Source: Chrysomallon squamiferum (Eukaryota > Animalia > Mollusca). Taken from it: a stretch of DNA of 64,000 bases. The notes under the pieces were generated by a model. That model was not told the DNA's origin, ran no database searches, and saw only the letters and a list, made by a program, of their open reading frames with translations. The first letter of the stretch is position 1; the number at the start of each line of letters is the position of its first letter. Below are positions 14,808 through 28,937 of this stretch, in pieces. The stretch is taken from NCBI GenBank assembly GCA_012295275.1, contig CM022667.1, positions 18,910,001-18,974,000 of the forward strand. The letters run 5' to 3'. The position numbers and the translations under genes were made by a program.

Positions 14808-15710
14808 GACACATACATACGTACATACATACATACATACGTACATACATACATAGATAGATCAAAAACCAAATTATATAACTTGTGTCGATGTCAATTT
14901 CTTTGCGTTCCCTTTCTAATATCTTGTCAATAAAAATTTAATACTACGATACGTTTAATAGGATTTTCCTTAAATCAGAAGCAATGGCTGAAGCAATTTT
15001 AAAGTTCTGAACTTTCAAGTCAAAATGTCGAGTACGAATCTGTTCAGGAAAAAAATATCTGTTGCCTGTTTGGTTCCATTTCTTTTATTTTTCTGAAGTA
15101 AACATCCCGAAAGAATTTGTACATGTTGCGTAATAACATACCACTTTATCATGACGCCTGACCTGGTCTTTTTGACGTTTTCTATGAAGATAAGAAATAT
15201 TAATATATATATATATATACAAGACTGATATCGAAAAATATCTTAAATATTTCGAATAACTAATATTTCTTAGTCAAGTCAACAAGCAATCGTACAATAT
15301 TTGATATGTTGTTTATCTCCAAAAAAAACCCAACAATTTCAGTTTATATTTGCCTTTTGTAGCTGTTAGTTTGACCTACGAGTACGTAAAATCAATACAT
15401 ACATACAATCAAAAATATATATATATATATAAAGGCATAAGGTACTGGGAAGACATATATCAGCCATATCTATGGAACAAGACCTGAAGAAGTACGGCTG
15501 TCTTATCTCGAATGTTTTCCATCGACATGTGTTAAGTAATTGGTGAGCACACCAGTGAGTGAGATGATGTTGACATTCACTCCACTCCACTCACTACGTT
15601 TAAGTGAAAACTAGATTACCTAACGACTGGTGTGTAACAGAGAACACTTAGTTTATGTGTTACTCGGACGTAACGTAAAGAACCGAGAATGAAATCAGCA
15701 CAACAGATCT

Positions 15711-15912
<202 letters not shown>

Positions 15913-17405
15913 GACAATATCGTTTATGTTTTTGTGTCTCTATATATGTATGTATGCCCGCCACTCTGTTTTTTCTCTGATACCGAAGTCTTTCATCTTT
16001 TCAGAATTAGATATACTCATCGTTCTTTTATGTAATTAATAACCGAATTCATAAAGTTAAAACTAACGTTTTATTTCAAACAATCGTGATTTTAAAAACA
16101 GTCACTAAAGCAATATTCTTGTCTTCATAAAAAAACAAAATGCAGTTTTTTGCTTTGAAGGAAAGGATAATAACAAAATGATGTAATTGCTGCTGTCACT
16201 TTTCACTCCACTAAGAAATTTATGACTTAGAAGTGACATATTATAGCAGTAAAGCCACGACTGGACAAAATCTTACATTACAGTGCCTAATACTGTGACG
16301 TCACGTCATTCCTGCGCATGGGCGTATGATTTTTCCATCAAACAATTTCCAGACAGAACTATTAGTAGTACTATATTTGTCTCGTTTTAGCACATAGCAA
16401 GGAAGTAGCTATTTTGAAAAATTACCTATACAGGCTATATTGTTATGAATGTTATATGTCCAAGGTATAATTAAGGCTTTTAAAATATTATAAAAATTAT
16501 CACAAAAACAGAAAATAATAGAAAAACAAACGTGAAACTTAAAATAAAATAATAAAAACATTTTTTTTTTTTTTTTTAAATGTAATAGTGAATTTTTCTA
16601 AAAGAAGAAAAGCAGATCGCTTTGAAATTTCCTCAATACTTCACTGCATTTACTGTACAGTAAAGGGAGAACAGAACCAAATTTCAGTATTTCTGTTCTA
16701 ACGAAAAATTATTTTTAATCTTAAACCAAATCTGACTGACAAAATAGAGACACAATTTCCGCAATTTAACTATTTCTATTACGATCTATCTTTTTAATCT
16801 TAAATCTGAATCGTATTTATAATGACCTTTTGAAAAAGGCTTGAAATATGAGCGCGAATTAATTCAGGTACTAGTATTAAATTACAATATAAATTTTGCA
16901 AAGGTTATCCTCTCTAAAATACCCAAGATTCATATTTCCCTTCTAAAACGGTCACTATAAATAATGTAATGGTATATTAACACGACTGTTCTTACTTAGT
17001 TATTTTAATAATGAATGAGGTCAGCAGTATATTCTATCAAGCAGTTTCAAAAATAAATATAATCTATTTCAGTGTATTCTGTGTATGATTATTATGAACT
17101 GGAATCAGGTTGATTAGTTTTGTATTCAAATGGGTTATAGATTTTGCTCTTTCACTCTTTCTTTTTATCACTGTATCTCATATCTCGCTATCTGTTTCGT
17201 GTTTGGATGATTGCGTCTTGTTGTATGTGTTCATGTGTATAAGTGTCTGTATATGTGCTTATGTATGTATGAATAATGTACGTGCGTAGTTTAGGATTTT
17301 GAATAGTCTTGTGTACGTCTGATTGGACTCTGCACATAGACAATATTCGAGAACGCACTGGCGCAGGAGGACAAAGACCAATCACGATCTCGCATATCCC
17401 GTCAG

Positions 17406-17907
<502 letters not shown>

Positions 17908-20900
17908 GTGTTTGTGTTGATGTGGGTATGGTTGGGTGTGTTTGTCTCTCGCTCCATTTTGCCATAACAACATTTACTTACAAAATTAAAATCTACTTAC
18001 GCCACAATTTCTATTTTTTATAGATCCATATCGATTACAAGAAAAAAACTTCACTTTTTACGAAGTGGATCAGAATACGCTTTAGGGGAAGATACGGATT
18101 AGTTCCCTTTACGTCACTAGCAGAGGAGTTATCGCATAGCATCACCATGGTGATATGTATATAACAAGTATTACTAACTTACTTTTAGATTCATTTCGTA
18201 TTCTAAGGATCTTTTTATTTTTGCATTCATTTGACACCATTAAAGATCACGAACTTATAGCTCTGTAGACAAAAGGTTACTACCTACATTAGACTGAATT
18301 CTGGTTGACAGTAGTTTCCGGCCGTCTTTCGTTTCATAGGCCTAAAATATCACGATCTACGATCTAAAAATCTTAACTTCTCCCTGCAATATTTTCAGGT
18401 AATATCAAAGGTTCTGACGTCACGAAACAGCAAAGAAACATGATGAAACAGCGCACTTGTGAACCAAGAAGTGTTGTCATGGGAAGACCGAATTTTTTTT
18501 TTTTTAAATGAGATCGCCTCGCACGAAACCAAGATGTCTGCCGGTACGCCGCCAAAAGCCAGACGAACGAGAAACTGAAAGTCGTGAAATGCGCTACTGA
18601 ACATTGCTTCAAGAGTTCATGATGCTAATGAAAAATTATTATTGTCATCGTGTTTCACTTGTATTTTCACTCATGAGTTTAAATGACGATGTTGTTTACA
18701 TTTCTCGATTACGACTTAACGTTCGTCAGCATGTAGACGTCTGCTAACACGTTGAAATGTCTTTCTTTATGCTTTCAGATGACTGTTATGCTTGACACTG
18801 AAGTAAAATCAGCCAATAACCCGACCTAAAAAAAAATAAGGTTAAAAATACTGACTCAAAGTATCGGCTTAACAGCCTGCACCTACAGAATATTACGTAC
18901 ATTATTATAATCAGTATTTCCTGGCCGTTATAGTGAAATGTGAATAGAGTTGGTCACGGAAAGGTTAATGATGACGTTAGATTTGATTACGTGCCATTGG
19001 TCTGAAATTTAGTAAATATTACTAATACTACTGCTCCTACTTCTAGAACTATTAACAACAACAGCAACAGCAAAATCAACACGAAGAACAACAACAATAA
19101 TGATAATAATAATAATCCAAACAAAATGTTTTCGTCCAAACCCTCCTGTTATTTAAACAAGTTCCATTTATCCAATCAAATTTCCTGTTACATTAATGAC
19201 TGTTGATGGCCTCTGATTGTTTCCGGTACAGCACTTATAGTCACGTTTCAGTGCGTAAAACATTTTCTGCGAGATAGATTTAATTGTGGAAAAGGTTGAT
19301 TCGTACGTACAGAAAAATAGACTTAGTCAAGCGTTATATTGTTTAGAAACGATTTACCTACAATACTTAACGCGTTTTTTGTTTCGGTGTTTTATTTTCC
19401 ATCTATAATTTTTCAAATTGTTATCTCTTGCTAAATGTAACTTAAAGGCTTGTTTTTCTTCACAAACAGTTACCCCATCCCAAAAGCTTCATTTTTAAGT
19501 CGATTTTTGTATAAAAACATTAGCTCTCGAACACGTAATTACATTATTGTCAATACACAGCAGGAGACATTTTAAGAGCAGGAAATGAAACAAAATGAAA
19601 TAAGAAAAGAAAGATAAGATAGTAAAAGGAAAGACAAACAAAATATGGGAAAAGAAATTGATAAAAAAAAAAAAAAAACAGATGTGTCAAGCAAAACAAA
19701 AAAAGCCTATTTGTCACGTAGTTTCATTTGTTATATTAAGGTGAACTGACAGTTGTAAGTAGAAAAACTTAACAGTTAAAATGAAAAGTTTTCTCATCTG
19801 TCGTTATAAAATAAAACCATTGTTTTTCTTCTTTTAATAATAATAAGAAGAAGAAGAAGAAGAAGAAGGATAAACAAAAGAGGAGAAAATTACGTAGAAG
19901 TTGAGTTAAAGTTAAAACGGGCTAGAGAAGCTTGTGTTAATTCACGAATCCTCAACGAACATACGACCCAGTTTACTATCCATGTATAATGAATGTCTCA
20001 AAGCGATCGTTTGGCGAGTTTTCTTTTTCGCGCGTATTCCCGAGACACGTGACACTGTTGACTGACAATTACAGCTCTATTTGCAAGTCAGGGCAGCAGA
20101 TGCAGTTTTCTCTGGTTGTGAAGATACTCCATTTCTAGAGACAGAAAAAGAAAAGAACTTTATTTATAGAGCTTTCAGCAGTAGAAAATAATACATAATT
20201 AACTGAGTAAATGTAATAAACTGACGTCAGATGGGTGATAATCGTATGTGTGAATGTGGGCGTATATATATGTATGTATGTATATATTATCAATATGTAT
20301 TTATATATGCAAGAACGTATGTATATAGGTATATATGTATTCATATAAATGTTATATATTCTAATACATTCCATTACTACTTGAAAATTAAAATGTAAGC
20401 GTTTGGTCTGTCAAAAAACAACTGTTAAATATTTATTAAACATTAATTTTACCTTCCATCTCTGGAATCATTTTATTGTCTTTTTTTCTTTTCTTTATAT
20501 ATATATATATATATATCTTTTACTGAAATATGAATACTATATATACTGTATTCCATCACTGGCCTGTAAATAACTAACCATTAATGAAATTAATTTTAGT
20601 ATATGTAATATGAATTTATGGCTTTTACATTACCTTGTCAGTGATTCGTTTTAGTCTCTGTGAAAGACGATGATGTGAAAGCTTTTACGAGTGTGGGTTA
20701 ATAGTCACCCAGGATTTCTTTGTCACAGCGTAAAGATACTTTCACCTAATTGATTACAGGAGAAGTGTTACAGTTATTATAATTACGTTATGTCAAGTGG
20801 AGGCTTCTGTAAAGCTAAGAGAAGAAACTGAAAGGAAATAAAGTGTTCAGTGAAAGACGGACAGACAAACAGACATAAGGATGTTTGTGAAGAGAGACCC

Positions 20901-21018
20901 CCAAAAAATTAAAAAATTGTCTTTTTCTTTGTCGAACGCTGTCAAGGAAAAGAATGAGTGGAAAAAGAGAAACAGACACAGAAGAGAAATAGAAACAGAC
21001 ATGTGATGCGGGAGATAG

Positions 21019-21203
<185 letters not shown>

Positions 21204-23089
21204 ATAAAAACTATAAACAATATAAAATCACAAAGAGAGAGAACAACAAAGGACAAACATTGAGAAAAAAGTCAACACAAATAAAAACCCAGAGCGTTAT
21301 TTATAGAGAAATAATACACACAGAAACACATTTATTAAACACGGAATACGCGTAAACCATACAGTACGCGATTTGATTAATCTAATAATAATGTCCGAAA
21401 AATATTAATAAACAGAAAAACGTAGAGAATGGAAAACACAGAAGACAGTTCTCTCACAGTCGTAATTAGCCATGTACGTGCCACTGTCTTTTCACAAGCC
21501 GGATATTAAAACAACCAGAGCTGACTCTGATCTTTTGCCATTTCCACACGTCATTCGTCTGTCAGTGAGCAGAAAAAATGTTCACGGTTATTAATTTGTG
21601 TATCTTGGCGCATGACAAGCATAATTTAAATTTACGTTTGTTCGCGTACACGAAACAGCAAGCAGTTATGATAGTCATTTCCAGCCGAGCCAGAATTTTT
21701 TCGAATTTATATTTGAAGTGGTTACCACTCTGTAAAACTGTTTCAAAATTTGTGTGTGTGTGTGTGTGTATGTATTTTATGTATGTGTGAGTTTGTGATT
21801 GTGTGTATATGCTTGTACGTATGTGTGTGTATATATGTATATATGTATTTACGTATGTATGTATGTATGTTTGTATGCATGTATGTATGTATATATGTGT
21901 GATTATGTATGTATATGTATATGTATATGTATGTGTGTGTGTATGTATTTATGAATGTATGTATGTATGTACATAATAGTTTCTGATTCTGTCGTTACTG
22001 TTTCATTTTAATTCGTACTCACACTCGCACGCACACACACATGACAAACAGGTATATAAAATGAATTAGATTTTTAATTTGTCATGATTATCAACATTAC
22101 ATATGGAATCAATGAGCTATATAAATGTAATTAAGCAATCAACGAAAACTGGAGGGAGCTAATGCAAGCGATTAAGAAACACACAGACAGAAAGACATAA
22201 AATGAGCCAATGAAAGAGACAAGGAATAAATCAATGATACACAGACAATCAGAAAAGGAACAGAAAAAAACAATTACTGTGTCGTGACAAGAAATGAAAT
22301 TCCGTACGCTAAACGCTATTACATAAAAAACGGCTGTATTTCATAGATCACAACATTTTAATCACAGTGACTCCAGAATAACTGAAGTTATTACCATTTC
22401 AACTCTAAATGCCACAGTCGATGTATTATTTCTTCATTTTCCATAAATGTCATCGACTGTATGCGTACGTTATCGGAGAGCTAGCTTTTCTGAAATAGTC
22501 CCAGACAAACTGAACTATTTGATATTTCAAATATATTCTGATATTTGGTATTTTGGATATTAAATTTATTATTTTTTGTTTTTTTCACCTTAATTTTATT
22601 ACCTTTTTATCGTTAAGTTAAACACGTTTTTGTAAAATGACCACAGCAACGTTATACGCCTGACCTTTTGAAATGCAAAGTGAAAGACGGGAGAGTCGTG
22701 AAGAAAATTTCTTTCTGAGGTTTGGCTGGGAATAATATGATATGAAAATGTTTGGGTCTATTTTAAAATGGTTTACTGGTATTTTAAATAAATTAAATTT
22801 AACTTTCTTACCAGTTCGAGATTTATGCTTATAATTCTTCGTCTTGTTCGTATAATTATCATCATCATCTTCATCATCATCATCATCATCATGGGTAATC
22901 AAATCTCGTCCCAGTCTGTGGGAAAATACATATAAGATGAACACGGGGAATATCGGCAATCGATTCATTTCTTATAATCAGGTTTTTGACAACTGGTATC
23001 CGTTAATGCAAAAATATTTCAGCAGCAATGAAACATATTTAATATTCCTTCCATTTTTCATGCATTTATTTATTTATTCACTAATTTAT

Positions 23090-23465
23090 TCATTCGTCAA
23101 TTTATTCCATCGTTCAGTTCATTCAACTGTTTTTTCAACCATTCATTCATTCGTCCATTTATTCGATCATTCAGTTCATTCAAACGTTTTCTCAACCATT
23201 CATTCGTCCATTTATTCCATCGTTCAGTTCATTCAACTGTTTTCTCAACCATTCATTCATTTGTTCGTTCGTTCTTCCACTTATTCGATCATTCAATTCA
23301 AACACTTGTTCTCTCATTCATTATCTCAATACATTTCATTCATTCGTTCGTCCATTTATTCGATCCTTCAGTTCATTCAGCTATTTTTCTCAACCATTCA
23401 TTCATTCGTTCGCCCATTTATTCGATGGTTCAGTTCATTCACGTGTTCTCTCAACCGCTCATTCT
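23090..23465. repeat. Degenerate ~55-60-bp tandem repeat built on TTCA
   Basis: TCGTCCATTTATTCGATCATTCAGTTCATTCAAC...TCAACCATTCATT recurs about six times. Confidence 0.8.
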
Positions 23466-24895
23466 TGATCTCAATACAACTGAATCCCAAACACACGTAA
23501 GCACACTGGCGTCAAGTGAAAACCAGCAACATACAAAAGTTCTGAATTTAGCAGAGCGACTCTGAGAAGCACGTAAGTGTTTGATTGTCAGAGACTAATG
23601 AGTTTCCCTCTGTCCTGAATACTAACAGTCCTGATAGCTACAGACAATCAAATTAACCAGCGGATCAAAAGCAACGTCCAGTAGAGGTAGAGTGCTCGCT
23701 CTTTAGAATAGTGACAGATAGGGGCAATCAGCTTAACGTATTAGCGTACCTAAATATATCTGTCTGTCTAAATATATCTGCCCATCTGTCTATCCGAATT
23801 TATCTTGTACGTCTAACTGTATCTGTATATAGGTTTATCTAAATGTATTTGTCTTCGTAAATATATCTGACCACCCATCAATCTAAATGATTATATCTGC
23901 TTACTGCATGTATGAATGTGTATGTGTGTATTTGTGTGAATTAGTGTGTTGTATATAGTTGTATGAATGTATACGTGTAGTTATTCTCTTTTATATTCAT
24001 TTACAAATTTATTGGCGAATCAAGGAACAGTTTGGGTTGGGTGTCTTGGGAAATTTACTAGTGATTTCTGAAAATTCATTTCCATTCGCATCATTAATTT
24101 TCTATTTCTTTTTCACTTCTTTTTTTTTTTTTTTTTTTTTTTTCTTGTATTTTCTTTCATCCATCATTTTCTTTTTGTTCCTTTCCTTTACTTTCCTTAT
24201 CTTTTATTTCAGCTTTTTCTTCATCTTTTTCTCTTTCTTTTTCTTTAAAATTTGTCTCGGTTTCTTTCTTTCTAACCTTATTTTTTTATTTATTATTTTC
24301 TCCTTCTTTCTAATTAATGTTCCCACCGTGGACAAATAAAAGCCTGCAACTGTGTTTATTTTGAAATTTGTTTCCAGTAGCAGGCTTTGTCGTCATCACA
24401 GACGTGGAAATATGATACTTGTTTTGATAACCGCCACGCTGGGGTTCACCTCTCGCGATCTGTCAGTTGATCGATGATCACAGCCGCGGTGATGATACGA
24501 AACAGGGTACAATTGATGTGTTTAGCATCAACAGATAATTCGGGTCGCATCCATCAACATGCCATCTTAATGTTGTTATCATTGTGAGTTTTGTTTGAGG
24601 TCTTTTGTTGCGTTTGTTTGTTTATTAATCTTGACGGTTAATTATTTTGTTGCTGTATTTATTGTTGTTGTTGTTTTTAGTAGTAGTAGTAGTGTTGTTG
24701 TTGTCGCTGCTGCTGTGGTTATTATTATTATTACTATTTATTTATTTATTTATTTATTTATTTATTTGTGTGTTTTTAATTATTATTAATGTTGTTGTTG
24801 TTATTATTGCCGCTGCTGCTGCTGTTTATTTTTGTTTCTTTTAGATACGACCTATTCTTGGAAGAGTAGTTTTCATTTCAATTTTTTATTTTTTA

Positions 24896-24954
<59 letters not shown>

Positions 24955-25839
24955 TTTTTTCATCGTTCTGATGAAAATGAGCTAAAATAAGAATGAACGA
25001 TAACGTGAACAGAGGTCAGTTTTAAATTTTCGGCTGAGATAACACAGGAACAAAACTCAAATATTGAAATATCTTGTTCATTTTTAAAATTTTCATTATT
25101 TATTTATTTATTTATTTATAAACTTATTTATTTATTAGGTAGTTCGGTATTCATTTATTCATTGATCCTTCCAGTCTTTTTAAAAAAATAATGGTGTTAT
25201 ATGACGGAAGTATAAAAAAACCCAGAAAAACACAAAGAAACCTGTCGATGAATGAATATTTAAATTTTAAAACCATTTATTCAGTTACCTTTCACACAAG
25301 AACACAAAATAAATATGCGGTGTAATCTTTGAAATCACTGAACTTTAAAATATTCAGCTGCTAAAAATTAAACAAACTGTATACAGAGTTCGTTTGTTTC
25401 CCAGGCAACTGAAGCACCAAAACGACTTCATGTTACGATGGCCATTTTGATATTTATTTATCTTACTTAGTTAGAAAGTTCAGCCTGCGAACGAGAACTC
25501 TGTGAACAGTCTAGACTTTTTGTTTACGAAAAAACCTTGATGATGAATCACGTGTTTGTGATGTTTTAACCAATCGGGTTAACAGAAACGAGACCTCTTA
25601 CATACTGCTTCGTCTCATATGACAAATATGACCTTAACAAGCTGGTATACATTTTATTTATTTTTTCTTAATCTAGAATGTGTTTTTTTTTTTTCTGTCT
25701 AAAATTTCGGTATAGGGTTTATTTATTAATTTAATTAATTTTTGCTAAAATAAATAAATAAATAATAATAATAAATAATAAAATAAATAAAAAAATTAAA
25801 CTCTCTCTCTCACTCACACACACACACACACACACACAC

Positions 25840-25925
<86 letters not shown>

Positions 25926-27915
25926 CTGTCTCTGTATGTTGCCAGTACCGTGAGAATTCCACGGACTGTCTCTTTTCTGTCAGATATGTTTACAAACAGT
26001 GATTAAAATCCGCTTCTTTGAATGTTTTTTCTTCTTCTTCTTAATTAAATTAGACTATATTTAGACACCAACACAATGAATGCTGCAGTATGTAAATAGA
26101 AGAAAAAAAATGAGTTTTTTGAAAAGTGACATTTTTTGTACAACTGAAATAGCACTAGAAGAATTGATTATTTCTGAACATACGCTACAGCTAAACTTTG
26201 CGTTTATCTACTTTTCTAATAATCAGTTTTGCAAGATCTTGTTTCATTTCAAATTATCAACTGTTGCGACAGGTATAATTAAATAAACTCTGAGATAAAG
26301 AGAGACAAGACATAAAGCAAATTGTTCTGTGCAAACACAGTTGTTTACAACGTGCAAAAGTGATAAACAGACCCTATGAGTATAATGGCAATATTTATTA
26401 TTGTATTCTGTGTCTTTATATGCTATAATTTTAATTATCATTATTGTTGTTGTTGTTCTTCTTCTTCTTCTTCTTCTTCTTAATATTAAATCAAGGTATA
26501 TTTTACTGAACGAAATCAATAAATAAATAAATAAATAAATAACAACAAGAGAAACAAGAATGAGAAAAAAATTAACTAGGAATAGTAAAACGTCCTGAGT
26601 AACCAGAAATCGATTCTATTTTCTTCATCTTTAATTTGTTTTTTTCTTTTTTTTTCTGATAACCTCTCACGTGGCTATTATGTGAATATGTTGGTGTGAC
26701 AGATGAAATATTTCACTCAAAATCAGACATGAAGGGCAGATTCAGAGTATTTTTCTTAGCGTTCATCTTCGTCACTGAGAATTTATCTCAGTTAACCAGA
26801 TTGCCAAATCGATATTATAGGCTAGAACGTCAACTGAAAGTAATAACTAAACCAACCAAAGATCATCCAGCCAACTATCAAAGAACCAACTATACAACCA
26901 CCTGGTTTACAATGAACCAGCCAATAAAAACAAAATTATCAACCAGTTAATCAGTTTCTCCATGAACTAAATAAACACAACCAATCAACCATTTATCTAA
27001 TAAGCCAAGCAACAATTCAAACGATTAACAATTCGACCTATTTTCATCTAATCAGTCAGATATTTTGCATATTATTTCATGCGTTAATGGTTCAAACACA
27101 ACTTTCTTGTGATGTCTTCTGGGTTTTTTCACCGAAATCTGGAAGAAAGAAATACCTTAAAAACAGAACAATTAACTAGCATCATACATGTGGTTAATGA
27201 CTATCTACAGAGCTAATACGTAATGTATTTTCCGAAAAGCAGCAGGAGATTTGTATGATTATCACTACAAGGACGGTATGTATGTTATAAATAAAACAAA
27301 TATATACCTGACAGGTTTTACTAGACAGTTAAATATCAATTTCTTTAATAATTTGAGAGTGTTGAAATCTGTAAAAAAAAAAATGTTACCATTCTCTTCA
27401 CTTCTTACTGAGCAACACTTTAACTATTCTTACTGAGCAAACGTCTATAAAAAACGTATGCATTAAATCTGGACTTTTAATTTTCCTTTTCGCCAGCAAG
27501 TACACATTTTACCCATTTGATCGTCTTCATTTAGCATCACTACAGAGGCAGGCAGACGTCGATATTTTCGAGTGAAAAATACAATTAGGAGTAAGAAAGG
27601 CAAAAAAATCTTGACACATTCAAGAAACAGGAGAAGACGCCGATGTGTTACTCTGTCAGTTTTTGGATTTTATTTGACAGTCAGTCAGTCAGTGTTGGGA
27701 AAAACTGAACATAGAGGTGTTTGTTTTCAATCAGGAAATTTTATCTGTTTTCTATTCTGTATATATGTCAAATGTCAGTCTTTTCAGTAACAATAATAAT
27801 AATAATAACAACAACAACAATAATAATAACAACAACAACAACAACAATAATAACACAATACAACCTCTCTACTACTACTACTGCTACTATTAATAATAAT
27901 AATCATAATAATAAC

Positions 27916-28025
27916 ACTAGCAACAACAGCTACAACAGAAATGACAATGGCGACATCAGTACAAATGCGACTATAAAGATGATGATGATAATGATAACAG
28001 TACTGGTAGTAGTAACAGCAGTAGC
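27916..28025 (+). repeat. ~110-bp element, copy 1 of an inverted pair
   Basis: Nearly identical reverse complement of 35170-35280; the core GACATCAGTACAAATGCGACTATAAAGATGATGATGATAATGATAACAGTACTGGTAG matches exactly. Confidence 0.92.
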
Positions 28026-28408
28026 AGCAGTAGTAGTAGTAATAGTAGTAGTAATAGTAATTATAATAATAATAATAATAATAACAACAACAATAATAGT
28101 AATAATACCAATAATGTTAATAATAATAACTGCAGTAGTAGTAGTAGTAACAGTTATGAAAATGTTGACGACGGTGATGATGATAAAAATATAAATCATT
28201 AATAAAACCTTTAAAAATCAATTTTAGTAATTAAAAACAGAAAATCATCAAACGCATCAAAAGATATAACCTATTATATAAATTAAAATTAATTAAATAA
28301 TTAATTATGTTAGCGATCATTTTGAAATCCATTAAAGTTCTTTTTTTTTTTTTTCGTTATCATTATTATAAACGTACATAATTTTTTACGTAATCATTTT
28401 AACCTGTT

Positions 28409-28473
<65 letters not shown>

Positions 28474-28551
28474 AACATTAACTTCGATTACGAAGCAGCG
28501 CTCAAGATTCAGCAATTACTGATGACGTCGTTAGTTAGAGGAACAGTCCAT

Positions 28552-28559
28552 TGACGTCA
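28552..28559. promoter_or_regulatory. CRE palindrome TGACGTCA upstream of coiled-coil gene A
   Basis: Perfect CRE ending 36 nt before the ATG, with a near-CRE TGACGTCG at 28523-28530. Confidence 0.5.
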
Positions 28560-28595
28560 CTGTTTATGCGATTAGTTAAAAATTGAAAGCGCCAG

Positions 28596-28865
28596 ATGTC
28601 AGACAGAAGATTTTCAGACGGCAGTCCTCTTGTCAAGTTTAAAAATGTCAAGTCGCCAAAAGCAATGAATCGCTCTGAGTCCGAGTGTTCAAAGTATATA
28701 GAGCTTTTGAAAGAAAACCAGAGCTTACGAAGGAATTATGCGGTTTCGCTTCAAATTGCTGGCCGGGATAAAACGTTTACGAGGAAATTATCAGGTATAT
28801 GCTACGTGCGAATAGGAACGTCGAAAATGAGGGGAAGCCAAAACAGTTCAGTGCATTTGTCTTTC

Positions 28866-28937
<72 letters not shown>

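Noticed and set aside
22937-23500. 187-aa ORF rich in F/I/H/S
   Set aside because: Translation of the TTCA-based degenerate tandem repeat.
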